A DNA stretch of 64,000 bases. Origin: an uncultured Chloroflexia bacterium. Lineage in GTDB: Bacteria; Chloroflexota; Anaerolineae; JAAYZQ01. The DNA lies in assembly GCA_963700285.1 (NCBI GenBank), contig CAVOXA010000010.1, positions 512,001-576,000 of the forward strand, read 5' to 3'. The notes under the pieces were generated by a model that was not told the origin of the DNA, made no database searches, and saw only the letters and a list, made by a program, of their open reading frames with translations. The translations under genes were made by a program, and so were the position numbers. Below, piece after piece: positions 1 to 10,195 of this stretch (the first letter of the stretch is position 1; every line of letters begins with the position of its first letter).

Positions 1-78
1 CGGACGTACCGCTGGAGAACATTCAGGCATTCTACCGGGCGACCAGGGAGTACGGGACCTACCCTATACGAGCTGTGA
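1..78 (+). CDS. C-terminal end of a uroporphyrinogen decarboxylase (UROD)/MtaA-CmuA family protein, truncated by the window edge
   Basis: Frame 3 reads DVPLENIQAFYRATREYGTYP, the typical UROD-family C-terminus. The exact stop is uncertain: TGA 76-78 needs an indel, and the in-frame TAA is at 150-152. Confidence 0.55.
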   Translation, partial: RTYRWRTFRHSTGRPGSTGPTLYEL

Positions 79-93
79 GGACGGAGGGAACCG

Positions 94-1143
94 GTGACAA
101 CTTTGTTTGGACGACAATGGACACGCCAAGAACTGCTCACCTTCGTGGGTAATCATCTCACAGGTGTGCGGCATCCGGCCGGTCACGCTGGCCGATGGGC
201 CAGAACGGGGTGTCCGCGCCGCCGACGTGCGGACGGGTGATGGTCTCAACTTCACAGTCCTGCTTGACCGGGGGATGGACATCGGTCCCGCCGAGTACCG
301 GGGCATTCCCTTGGCCTGGATCTCTCCTACCGGCCCAATCTCGCCCGCCTTCTACGACCCGCGGGGGATTGGATGGCTGCGCACCTTTCACGGCGGGCTG
401 CTTACCACCTGCGGCCTGACCCAGACCGGCGTGCCGAACGTCGATTGGCGATGAAGATCTGGGGCTCCACGGCCGCATCTCACATACACCAGCCCGCCAG
501 GTGAGCTGCCAGGGGCGGTGGGAGGGCGACGAATACATCTTCTGGGTGGAAGGGCAAATGCGGGAAGTGAGTGTATTTGGTTACGATCTGCGCCTGACCC
601 GCCGCATAACGGCGATGTTGGGCCAGCCCAAGCTGACCATTGAGGATAGGGTGGAGAACATGGGCTACGAGCCTGCTCCCCACATGATCCTGTATCACTG
701 CAATATGGGCTTTCCCCTACTGAGGCCCTGCCAGCCGGCTGGTAGCCCCATCGCAGCGGTCGAAGCCCGGGATGACGTAGCCGCACAGGGCCTGGAGCAG
801 CATACCTCCTTTGAAGGCCCGACGCCCCACTATGCCGAACAGTGCTTCTTTCACAGCTTTGAGCCGGACTCGACGGGCCACGTCACAGTCGTCCAGCTCA
901 CCAACCCCGAGCTAGGGCTGGCCCTCCAACTGCGCTATCCGCCACCGGGAACTGCCCGAGATGGCGCAATGGAAACAGGTAGGGCAGGGGACCTACGTTC
1001 TGGGCTTGGAGCCGGCCAACTGCCGCGTTGAAGGGCGCTCAGCCGCCAGAAAGCGTGGGACGCTGGTAGAACTAGCCCCGGCGAGCACGTGCGATTACTA
1101 CCTGGAGATGACGGTCCTGGCCGGACAGGCAAGGGAGAGCTAG
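94..1143 (+). CDS. Aldose 1-epimerase-like (DUF4432) protein, split by several frameshifts
   Basis: GTG at 94 follows GGAGGG. Pieces in ORFs 107..454, 501..1031 and 961..1143 give DGPERGVR, DRGMDI, FHGGLLTTCGL, LHGRIS, MILYHCNMG and YVLGLEPAN. Confidence 0.8.
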
Positions 1144-1162
1144 ATGATACTGAGGAGATAGG

Positions 1163-2294
1163 ATGGCCGAACTGACGGGAGAGAGCGGCTGTTGCGGGTC
1201 TTTCACCAACAAGAGGTGGATCGTATCCCGGTTTCGCCCTTTATCCACGTCAACTATGTCAAAGAGTTTTTTGGCACACACGATGTCGACTGGGTGGCCA
1301 GGACGCCCGAAGTCTACCGGCACTTTGGCTTTGACCTGATCCATCGCAATTGTAGCCCCGAGTATGACGCCATGGGACCGGAAGGGCCGGATTGGCAGAT
1401 AGAGGATATGCCAGCAGGATGGCACGGGACGAGACCACTACGACTGACGGTTCATACGCCGGAAGGCGATCTGCGCTGCGGTCAAGCGCTTGCGCTGGAC
1501 CTACGAGTACGACGCCGAGAATTCGCGCTGTGCCGAGTACCCCATCAAAAGCGAGGCGGATTTTGACCTGCTGGTGCGCTACCAGCCGGATCCCCAACCG
1601 GCCGACGTGTCGGACATCCGGCGCGCCAAGGAGATCGTAGGCGACACGGGCATCGTCGCTCCCTGGATCCACGGCGCGTTCAACGTGCTGGCCTTCTACT
1701 ATCGGAAGCTGGATGACCTGCTGATGGACGCCATGCTCAATCCTGCTTTCTATGGGCGCATGATGGATCACTTTTTGCAGCGCTACATGACCTTTACCCA
1801 GACAACTCATCGATGCCGGCGCCGATGTCTTGAGCTATGCTGCCAATATTGCCAATGCCAAGCTGGTCAGCCCCCGTTTTTTCCGCGAGTATATCTGGCC
1901 CTACGAGAAGCGCTTCATCGATTTCATCCAGGGGCAGGGCGTCGCGGTGCTCTACCACAACTGTGGCTATGCCCGCAACCTGCTGTCGCTGCTGCCCGAG
2001 TTGGATATGCGGGCCTACGAATCGCTTACACCGCCGCCCTATGGCGACACGGTGCTCACCGATGCGGTGGACGCATTTGGCAGCCAGACCACCCTGTCGG
2101 GCAACATCGACCAACTCGATCTGCTGCGCAAGGGAACAGCGGACGAGATCGATTTGGCTGTCAAGCAAGTGCTGGATACGGTGCGCGGTCGCTGTCACTT
2201 TATCCTGGCCACGACCGACTATTTCAACGAGAACACGCCCCACGAAAAGATCCACGCCCTGGCGGATGCCGGGCGCAGATATGGAGGATTGTGA
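1163..2294 (+). CDS. UROD/MtaA-CmuA family protein, frameshifted
   Basis: ATG at 1163 follows GAGGAG. Motifs across ORFs 1192, 1490 and 1830: RERLL..VDRIPVSP, LVSPRFFREY, LYHNCG, LSGNIDQ, ENTPHEKI. Confidence 0.8.
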
Positions 2295-2298
2295 AGCC

Positions 2299-3087
2299 AT
2301 GAGACCCAATAAGATTCGAGCCCTTTTGGAAGCTGGAAAACCCACCATCGGGACCCACATTCACAGCACGTGGCCCTCTATCATCGAGGTTGTGGGACAC
2401 AGCGGCATGTTCGACTATATCGAGTTTGTGGCCGAGTATGCCCCCTTTGACCTGTACGCGCTGGACAACATCTGCCGCGCAGCCGAGCTGCATGATCTAT
2501 CGTCTATGATCAAGGTCGACCAGGAACCTCGCAGCTTTCTCGCCCAACGGGGCATCGGCTGTGGCTTTCAAAGCGTGCTGTTCGCTGACTGCCGCAGCGT
2601 TGAGGACACCCGGGAATGCGTGCGCGCCGTACGGCCCGAGACGCCGGAGGCGGGCGGATTGCACGGCGTTGGCATGCGTCGTGCCGCCTACATGGGCTAT
2701 GGAGGGACGCCGGACTATGTTCAGGCGCTCAAGGACATTGTCGTCGTACTGATGATCGAAAAGCAGGGGGCTGTCGATCACCTGGAGGAGATCCTGTCAG
2801 TGCCTGGCATTGACATGATCCAATGGGGGCCATCGGACTATTCCATGAGCGTCGGACGCCCCGGGGAAAGACAACACCCCAGTATCAAAGCAGCCGAGCA
2901 CAGGGTCATCGATATCGCCCTGAAGATGGGGATCCCGCCCAGGGCGGAGATCTCCAGCCCTGACGAGGCCAGATACTACCTGGACCTTGGCGTGGAGCAC
3001 TTTTGCATCGGCACGGATGTCATGATCCTCTACAACTGGTTCAAGGAGAACGGCGAGGAGCTGCGCAAAGTCATTTCGGATGCGTAA
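2299..3087 (+). CDS. HpcH/HpaI class II pyruvate aldolase family protein
   Basis: GKPTIGT, FDYIEFVAEY, VLMIE and GPSDYSMS motifs. ATG at 2299 is in frame with ORF 1837..3087. Confidence 0.88.
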   Translation: MRPNKIRALLEAGKPTIGTHIHSTWPSIIEVVGHSGMFDYIEFVAEYAPFDLYALDNICRAAELHDLSSMIKVDQEPRSFLAQRGIGCGFQSVLFADCRSVEDTRECVRAVRPETPEAGGLHGVGMRRAAYMGYGGTPDYVQALKDIVVVLMIEKQGAVDHLEEILSVPGIDMIQWGPSDYSMSVGRPGERQHPSIKAAEHRVIDIALKMGIPPRAEISSPDEARYYLDLGVEHFCIGTDVMILYNWFKENGEELRKVISDA

Positions 3088-4543
3088 ACAGGCGCAGTTG
3101 CTCAAGATCGTCACCGACGCCGAAGTGGATCGTATCCACGAGGCCAGTCTGGCCATCCTGGAAGAGATCGGCGTCCAGATCCCCAATACTCAGATCCTGC
3201 GCATGTTTGCGGATGCGGGAGCTGTGGTCGATTTTGAGCAGCAGATCGTCCAGATCCCTGCCAACTTGGTGGAGCAAGCACTGGCAGTTCTGCCCAAGGA
3301 CTTTACCGTAACGCCGGCCGACGGCGGGCCACCGATCCATCTGGGCGACGGGGACCTAAAGCTGAGCATGGATTGCTCCGATCAGATAGTGGAATTGAGC
3401 CAGGGCCGAAAACGCCGGGGAACCCAGGAAGACGTGGTGAAAGGTATCATGGTGGCCAACGCGTTGGAAAACGTACGGCTGGCCACCGGCTTTGTCCTGC
3501 CTTGCGAGGTACCCCAATCTGCCGGCGACGTGGCTGGCTATCAGCTCTTGTTCACCTATTCTCGGAAGGCCGTCGCCACCTGGATCTATTCTTCGCGTAG
3601 CGCGGACTATATCCTGGAGATGGCGCAGGTTGTGGCGGGCGGGGCAGAAGCGTTGAAGAGCAAAAAGCTGCTGACCTACTTTGCGGAGCCGGTCAGCCCC
3701 TTGCGCTACGCGCCCCATACCCTGGAGATCATGTGCAAGATGGCAGAGTACGAGTGTCCCATCTATTTGGGTCCGATGGTCACAGCCGGGGGCAGCGGGC
3801 CCGTCACTCTGGCCGGGACGCTCGTGCTGCACAACGCCGAGATCCTGCACGGGTTGACCTTGATCTATCTGCTCAACCCCAGGCAGCCGGTGATCTATTC
3901 TTGCCATGCCCACGTCCTCGACCTGAGGCGGGGCGTCATCCAGTATGGCGCGCCCGAGCAAGCACTCCTGGCTGCGGCCGCTTCACAGTTGGCCAAGAAG
4001 CAGGGGCTGGCGGTATGTGGCAACGTCATGCTGTCCGACTCGAACACGGCCGATTACCAGGCCGGGTTCGAAGCCGGAGCTACAGCCGCCTATGCCCTGG
4101 CCGCTGGCTGGGACATGCTCGGCTTTCTGGGATTCGGAACCCTGGGCGTGGTTGGCGCGGGTGTAGGTCATAGCCTGGAGATGGCCATCCTCCAGGACGA
4201 GGCGCTGTCCTTCCTCAAGAGGATGCTGGCATCCTTTGAGGTCAACGATGACACCCTGGCCCTAGATGTCATCCGGGAGGCTGGCATCGGCGGAAACTTT
4301 TTGGCACAACCCCACACGGCGAAGCACATGCGACACGAGCTGTGGCAGTCAGGAGGTATCTTCCCCCGGCTCGATTACACAGCCTGGGCCGAGGGTGGAC
4401 ACAAGACCGCACTCGACCGGGCTAGAGAACGGCTGGAAGAGGTCCAGCGGGATTATCCGCCAGAGCCAGTCCTGGACCCACACAAAGCGCGGTATTTGCT
4501 GGAGATCAGAGAACGGGCGGAAGCAGAAGCTACAGTAGAGTAG
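3080..4543 (+). CDS. Trimethylamine methyltransferase (MttB) family protein, non-pyrrolysine
   Basis: RIHEASLAILEEIG, PVSPL, GPVTLAGTL, DS..DYQAGFE and GGNFL..HT motifs. No in-frame TAG. Confidence 0.88.
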   Translation: MRKQAQLLKIVTDAEVDRIHEASLAILEEIGVQIPNTQILRMFADAGAVVDFEQQIVQIPANLVEQALAVLPKDFTVTPADGGPPIHLGDGDLKLSMDCSDQIVELSQGRKRRGTQEDVVKGIMVANALENVRLATGFVLPCEVPQSAGDVAGYQLLFTYSRKAVATWIYSSRSADYILEMAQVVAGGAEALKSKKLLTYFAEPVSPLRYAPHTLEIMCKMAEYECPIYLGPMVTAGGSGPVTLAGTLVLHNAEILHGLTLIYLLNPRQPVIYSCHAHVLDLRRGVIQYGAPEQALLAAAASQLAKKQGLAVCGNVMLSDSNTADYQAGFEAGATAAYALAAGWDMLGFLGFGTLGVVGAGVGHSLEMAILQDEALSFLKRMLASFEVNDDTLALDVIREAGIGGNFLAQPHTAKHMRHELWQSGGIFPRLDYTAWAEGGHKTALDRARERLEEVQRDYPPEPVLDPHKARYLLEIRERAEAEATVE

Positions 4544-4579
4544 ACTCGGTGACACAATGCCTGGGCCGAGACCAAAAGA

Positions 4580-4701
4580 GTAGGACAAGATGGTATCTTG
4601 TCCTGGGGCAAGCAATCTGCTGTATGGGAAGGGATAACGCCCCTCACCTTGGGGGCATTCAAGAGGAGTGAGCGTTTGGGCAAGTTGGCAACTTGCCCTA
4701 C
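4580..4701. repeat. Pair of REP-like palindromes
   Basis: GTAGGACAAGATGGTATCTTGTCCT at 4580-4604 and GGGCAAGTTGGCAACTTGCCCTAC at 4678-4701. Confidence 0.7.
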
Positions 4702-4775
4702 GAAGGAAGACCATTTTTTATTCCCGGCGATGAGGCCCGGGTTGCAGCAGTACTGGACTGGAGGGAAAACGCACC

Positions 4776-5930
4776 ATGCTTATCAAGAACGGCAGGATAC
4801 TGCACTACAATCGGTTTGAAGCCAACAGCGATATGCGTGTAGAAGACAACCGGATCACGGCCATCGGCCAGGGCATGATGCCCGAACCCGGCGAGCAGGT
4901 TGTGGACGCAGCCGGGAACTATGTCCTAGCCGGTTTGATCGACCTGCACCATCATGGCATACGTCACGTACTTGCTCAGAACGACAGCCTGCTGGAATAC
5001 TCCCAGCTTCTGCTGGAGGTGGGTGTCACTGCTTGCGTCGCGACCCTGTCGGGTTCACCCGAGGATAACATCCAAGCCATGCAGCGGGGCCTGCAAGAGA
5101 CCGAGCGGTTCCGGTTGGCGCCGAACGTGATCGGCTTCCGCCCCGAGATCAGCTATATCGCCAAGACTGGAGCTGGCTCAGCCAACTCGCTGAGGCCCAT
5201 CACGGACGAGACAACGGAAGCCGTCTATGAAGGCGGCGAGGGATTCATTCGCATCTGGGACATATCGCCAGAGATGGCAGGGGCGATCCCGTTCATCCGT
5301 TGGGCCGCCAAGCAGGGCATCGTCACCAGCCTGGCCCATAGTTCCGCGACCGTCGAGGATACGCGGCGGGCTATCGAGGCGGGCATGAGCCTGGTCACTC
5401 ACTTCTACGACACCTTTGACGTGGCCGTTCAGACCGATCCGGGCGTGTATCCCGCCGGCCTAACCGATTGGCTCCAGATCGAAGACCGGATTACGGTGGA
5501 AATTGTCCCGGACGGGGTCCACGTACACCCTTACCTGGTAGAAAAGACCTTCCGCTGCAAGGGTATCAACCGCATCGCCCTGGTAACCGACGCGTCCAAG
5601 GGCTCGGGCAGTCCGCCGGGCATCTATGGCGGCCTCTACGAAGGCGTCGAGGTAGAGGTGACGGTTGATCGAGGAGTGAGGCGTACCTCAGACGACGTTT
5701 TGTCCGGTAGCGCGCTGACCCACCTTCAGGGCTTCCGCAACGTCATACAAAAGTTCGGCAAGTCGATGGTCGAGGCATCTATCCTATGCTCCCGCACTCC
5801 GGCCCGCGTTCTGGGAGAAACGAGCAAAGGCTACCTGGCAGCCGGAATGGACGCCGACATCATCATCTTGGACAATGATCTGAATCTCAAAGCGACCATC
5901 GTTGGCGGTAAGGTGCTCTACAGCGCATAG
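4776..5930 (+). CDS. nagA: N-acetylglucosamine-6-phosphate deacetylase-like amidohydrolase (divergent)
   Basis: GLIDLHHHG, LAHS, VTHFY, DGVH, VTDA and GMDADII motifs. Confidence 0.75.
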   Translation: MLIKNGRILHYNRFEANSDMRVEDNRITAIGQGMMPEPGEQVVDAAGNYVLAGLIDLHHHGIRHVLAQNDSLLEYSQLLLEVGVTACVATLSGSPEDNIQAMQRGLQETERFRLAPNVIGFRPEISYIAKTGAGSANSLRPITDETTEAVYEGGEGFIRIWDISPEMAGAIPFIRWAAKQGIVTSLAHSSATVEDTRRAIEAGMSLVTHFYDTFDVAVQTDPGVYPAGLTDWLQIEDRITVEIVPDGVHVHPYLVEKTFRCKGINRIALVTDASKGSGSPPGIYGGLYEGVEVEVTVDRGVRRTSDDVLSGSALTHLQGFRNVIQKFGKSMVEASILCSRTPARVLGETSKGYLAAGMDADIIILDNDLNLKATIVGGKVLYSA

Positions 5931-6010
5931 ACCAGGAGCGCAGGTTGCCGATGTTTGGAAACACCACGCCCACAGCACATTTTCCGCACGACGATGGTAA
6001 AGGAGGAACC

Positions 6011-6946
6011 ATGACCGATTGGCAGTACAGTCCATCCCCTTGGGTACCCTTTCGGGACCAAAAAGTCTTGGAACGAGTCAGGAAAATCAAACGTGAGGAT
6101 ATCACCAAGCATCCCAACCCGGAGTTCAAGATCCGGGTTGTCAAGGATGCCGACATCGAGTTTATCTGGGTCACCGACATGTTTTGGCGCATCAAATCCG
6201 CGGCTGATGCCGGGGAGAGATGTGTCCTGATCCTGCCCAACCCAGTTCCAACATACCGTCATGTGGCACGCCTCATCAATCAGTTCCGGGTCGACTGCTC
6301 CAACCTCGTTGTCTTTGCCATGGATGAGTATGCCAATGAGGATGGCATTATCACGCCAGAGACATGGCCCCAAAGCTTCATGTATGCCATGAAACACTAT
6401 CTCTTCTACGCTATTGACAAAGAGCTACGGCCGCCCGAGAGCCAAGTCGTCGGACCTACCAATAAGAATATCGACGACTATGGGCAGATGATTGCCGATG
6501 CGGGTGGGGCCGATATGTGCTACAGCGGACCTGGCTGGACGGGGCATCTGGCCTTTATCGAGCCCGATGCTCCTGAATTCGAGGCTGGGAGTTTGGAGGA
6601 GTGGATGGAGATGGGTACCCGGATTGTCACCCTGAGCCCATTCACTTTGGCCCAGAACTCCCTACACGGCAGTTTTGGCTACAGTGGAGACATTGCCCTG
6701 GTCCCACCCAAAGCGGCGACGATAGGCCCAGCCGAGGTCATTGCCTCCAAAAACCGGATAGATATCAGCGCCTTGACCATCCACGGCACCACGACCTCGT
6801 GGCAGCGGCTGATGACAAGACTCATCACCCACGGGCCGGTTACACCTCTGCTGCCGACATCTATCCATCAGCTACTGCGAACCGATTGCTACATTTCTGA
6901 AACGGCCGCCCAGGACATCGCGCCGGATTGGGACAAGGGATACTGA
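6011..6946 (+). CDS. Glucosamine-6-phosphate deaminase/isomerase (NagB) family protein
   Basis: AGGAGG RBS. FAMDEY, GHLAFIEP and GPVTPLLPTSI motifs. Confidence 0.75.
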   Translation: MTDWQYSPSPWVPFRDQKVLERVRKIKREDITKHPNPEFKIRVVKDADIEFIWVTDMFWRIKSAADAGERCVLILPNPVPTYRHVARLINQFRVDCSNLVVFAMDEYANEDGIITPETWPQSFMYAMKHYLFYAIDKELRPPESQVVGPTNKNIDDYGQMIADAGGADMCYSGPGWTGHLAFIEPDAPEFEAGSLEEWMEMGTRIVTLSPFTLAQNSLHGSFGYSGDIALVPPKAATIGPAEVIASKNRIDISALTIHGTTTSWQRLMTRLITHGPVTPLLPTSIHQLLRTDCYISETAAQDIAPDWDKGY

Positions 6947-7047
6947 GCGTTCTGGTCAAGGCAGGTTTTCCAGTAGATTTGCAGCAACTGGCGCTGAACG
7001 AGCCACTAGCAGGCGCCTCAGCAAGGCTGGGGCCAAGGGAAGGAATC

Positions 7048-8361
7048 ATGCACACCTTAGTAGCAGGCGCGGCATCGGTAGATATTTCCCCCCGGGATTC
7101 CCAGTTCCTTTATGGGTATCCACATGTCGAACGATACAGTACGGGCATCCACGATCCCCTTCTGAGTTCTGCGCTCTACCTTGGCGATGGACAGAGGGAG
7201 ATCATGTTCATTGCCAACGATATCATCTTTGTCAGCAAGGCGACCGCCCAACGGACCCGGGAACGGATCACACAGGCTACCTCCGTTCCCGGCGGCAATA
7301 TCATGATCTCGGCTACCCACACCCACTCCGGCCCCAAAACGGCGGACTATATCAGCAATGAACATGACCCCATTGTCCCTTGTGTCGACCCAGATTACCT
7401 CCAGCTTTTTGAAGACGGGATCGTACAGGCTGCGGTAGAGGCCTATCACCGGGCGCGCCCGGCCCAAGCCGGGCTAGCGGTGGCAGACTGCGCAGGCGTG
7501 GGAACTAACCGGCGGGATCCGTTGGGGCCCGCGGACTGTAACGTTCCTGTCTTGATGGTCAGAGCTACGGACGACGGGTCGAATATCGCCTGCATGGTAG
7601 TCTATTCAATGCATCCCACCGTGTTGCACGAAGACTCCAAACTCGTCAGCGGCGATTTCCCAGCCATGACAAAACAGTACCTACAGGAGGAAGTGCTGGG
7701 GCAGGAATGCCCGGTGCTGTATCATACGGGCCCGGAGGGCAACCAGAGCCCCCGGCATGTCACCGGCGCGAATACTTTTGCCGAGGCCGAGCGCCTGGGC
7801 AACCTGCTGGGCCACACCATTGCCCAAGTCCTGCCACAGATCCAATATACTTCTAGCCTGGAAGTACAGAGCGCCCAACGCTTTGTCGATCTGCCCCGGA
7901 AAAAGTTTCCCCCACTCCCCAAAGCTGAGGAGAAGGAGAAACGCGCAAGGGAGAAGCTGGAACACCTGCGCCAGACCAACGCACCCCGCCAGGAAGTTCG
8001 AACCGCGGAGGTCGACTGGTTCGGTGCAGAAGAGACCTTGACCCTGGCCCAAGCTGCCCAGCAAGGACAGCTGGAGGCCTACTACCAGATGTGCCTGCCA
8101 GCCGAAGTCCAGGTCCTAAAGGTCGGCCCCTGGGCTTTTGTGGGCTGGCCAGGTGAAATGTTTGTTGAATTCGGCCTGGCGGTCAAGGCAAAGGCCCCGG
8201 ACACCTATGTCATTGCCCTGGCCAACGGCGAATTGCAGGGCTACGTTGTCACAGAAGAAGCAGCCATAGAGGATGGCTACGAGGCATCCAACGCCATTCT
8301 GGGTCCATCAAGCGGCGGGACACTGGTCGCTACTACATTCGAACTCTTGGATATTCTGTGA
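7048..8361 (+). CDS. Neutral/alkaline ceramidase N-terminal domain amidohydrolase
   Basis: GIHDPL, ISATHTHSGP, MHPTVL, GPEGNQSP and PGEMFVEFG motifs. Confidence 0.8.
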   Translation: MHTLVAGAASVDISPRDSQFLYGYPHVERYSTGIHDPLLSSALYLGDGQREIMFIANDIIFVSKATAQRTRERITQATSVPGGNIMISATHTHSGPKTADYISNEHDPIVPCVDPDYLQLFEDGIVQAAVEAYHRARPAQAGLAVADCAGVGTNRRDPLGPADCNVPVLMVRATDDGSNIACMVVYSMHPTVLHEDSKLVSGDFPAMTKQYLQEEVLGQECPVLYHTGPEGNQSPRHVTGANTFAEAERLGNLLGHTIAQVLPQIQYTSSLEVQSAQRFVDLPRKKFPPLPKAEEKEKRAREKLEHLRQTNAPRQEVRTAEVDWFGAEETLTLAQAAQQGQLEAYYQMCLPAEVQVLKVGPWAFVGWPGEMFVEFGLAVKAKAPDTYVIALANGELQGYVVTEEAAIEDGYEASNAILGPSSGGTLVATTFELLDIL

Positions 8362-8388
8362 AACATCCTCCTGCAGAAAGGGAAGCCC

Positions 8389-9192
8389 ATGTCACTCTAT
8401 TTCCAACACCAAACTTCACCAGAGATCGCGGAAGCCGCGGAACGCAATACGCTCATTCTCCTACCCGTGGGACAGATCGAGGAGCACGGACCCCATCTGC
8501 CTCTGGAGTGCGACTGTATCATCGCCCGGGAAACGGCGCGGGTCGTGGCCGAAAAGATTGCCCCCGAGATTCCCGTCCTGGTCCTGCCGACCGTCTGGAC
8601 AGCCTACACCGTGCAACAGGTGGCGCGCTGGCCTGGCCTGATCACCTTCCGCGAGCCGGAGCCAATGATCCAGATGATCTATGATATCCTGGCCTCGCTG
8701 GTGCAGAATGGATTCCAGCGGATCGTCATCGTCAACGCCCACGGCAACAATCCGGCCATCCTGGAACTGGCCTGTCGCAAGATCGGCAGCGATTTTGACG
8801 TTTTCCCGGCACTGACCTATGTGCTGGGCATGAGCAAGACCATTGGCTCGAAGGTAAGAAAATCGGAACCGGGTGGCTGCGGCGGCCATGCAGGGGAAGA
8901 AGAAACCGCTCTCCTGCTCCATCTAACGCCGGACCTGGTTCGGATGGAGCGAGCCACGGATCAGGACATCGTCCAGTACCGGACGCGTTTTTTCCCGGGG
9001 GACATCTATGCCGAAATCCCAGACCGCGTAAGCGGGCTCTATTGGTCCACGTGGGGGGTTGTCGAGTCCGAAACGGGGGTATATGGGGACCCGACTGCGG
9101 CCACAGCCGAAACTGGCAAAGCGCTGTTCGACGAGATTGTCAAGAACTATGTGGACTTTTTGCGAGAGTATTGCACGCACAGTACATCGTAG
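8389..9192 (+). CDS. Creatininase/mycofactocin peptidase family amidohydrolase
   Basis: PVGQIEEHGPHLPLECD, VNAHGNN, GGHAGEEET and GVYGDP motifs. Confidence 0.9.
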   Translation: MSLYFQHQTSPEIAEAAERNTLILLPVGQIEEHGPHLPLECDCIIARETARVVAEKIAPEIPVLVLPTVWTAYTVQQVARWPGLITFREPEPMIQMIYDILASLVQNGFQRIVIVNAHGNNPAILELACRKIGSDFDVFPALTYVLGMSKTIGSKVRKSEPGGCGGHAGEEETALLLHLTPDLVRMERATDQDIVQYRTRFFPGDIYAEIPDRVSGLYWSTWGVVESETGVYGDPTAATAETGKALFDEIVKNYVDFLREYCTHSTS

Positions 9193-9240
9193 AGAGCTAC
9201 ATGGAAAACTAAAGGAGCTACCGGAGGCAGAGGAAAGCCA

Positions 9241-10164
9241 ATGTCCAACGAGGCGCTTAGGAGCACTGCGTGGACTTGCGCGTTGGAACTTGATTCTGAC
9301 CGGTCCATCGTTGCCGGCAGCGAGGAGGCGCTGTGTGACGCGATCCGGTGCGGCGCCGATCTGCGGATCTACACCGAGTTCAGGCACAACGAGCACATTG
9401 ACCTGAACTCTGATAACGCGGAGCTGATCCGCGAAACAGCCGACTTTCGCGTGACCTACCTGGTGGAAGATCGCTGGGTAGCGGGCATCATTTCTCTGCG
9501 ACAGCCCATCAACCTGCCGGATGGCTTTGGCCCACGGCCATCCATGTCATTCTTCATGTACAACCAGAACGGCCAACAGGCCATCGCGCGACCCTACTTG
9601 GATGGCGGAACAGCGACGGGTACGCCCGGCCTCTCGCCGCCCAGCAACGAATTCGCGGCCATGCCCAGGTATCACCAGCAGGACAACTGGGATGCCGGGA
9701 CCAATGCGCCCAGCAGCAACTTTGTCTACGACTTTGACCTCTATTGCTTCTGGGTGTACGATGAATGGCGCCAAGTCCTGGCCCACGCCGCCGATGGCAC
9801 AGTTGAGTCAGGGTCCGTGGCTGCCCTAGCGGACGCATTTGCTCTCGGGTGTGAAGTTAAGGTAGGTGTGCGCGGGCTGTGCGCCGACCTTGTCCAGGAT
9901 CGAGCGCCGGTCCAACCGCATGAGGTTTTTGTGCACATGGGTTCGTGCTACTATTATACAGAAAGACGGTTGTTCCTGGCTGCCAGCCACCCCGTCGTTC
10001 GAACCAGGCCCGCGATCCCAATGCGCTACGCAAGCCAGGGCTGGGACTTTGGCTGGCTGATGCCGAGGACTGATGGCTTGGTAGCAGGCTTGATCTATGA
10101 TCCCTATACACTGCGATACCGCCGAACCGAGGGACATCACGCCCTTCGTTGGTTTGTCCGATAA
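9241..10164 (+). CDS. Hypothetical protein with an internal two-fold repeat
   Basis: 307-aa ORF that is co-oriented and has an RBS. Its two halves resemble each other. Confidence 0.75.
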   Translation: MSNEALRSTAWTCALELDSDRSIVAGSEEALCDAIRCGADLRIYTEFRHNEHIDLNSDNAELIRETADFRVTYLVEDRWVAGIISLRQPINLPDGFGPRPSMSFFMYNQNGQQAIARPYLDGGTATGTPGLSPPSNEFAAMPRYHQQDNWDAGTNAPSSNFVYDFDLYCFWVYDEWRQVLAHAADGTVESGSVAALADAFALGCEVKVGVRGLCADLVQDRAPVQPHEVFVHMGSCYYYTERRLFLAASHPVVRTRPAIPMRYASQGWDFGWLMPRTDGLVAGLIYDPYTLRYRRTEGHHALRWFVR

Positions 10165-10195
10165 ACCAGCGAGGCAGTAGTTGGAGATGAATGCT

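Noticed and set aside
94-2294. True pseudogenes at the window start (also 19310, 39000-40000, 62875)
   Set aside because: The breaks are single-base indels, often in homopolymers, with motifs intact. Sequencing error is more likely, though reads are needed to confirm.
3080-4543. Pyrrolysine in the MttB homologue
   Set aside because: The ORF is full length with no in-frame TAG.
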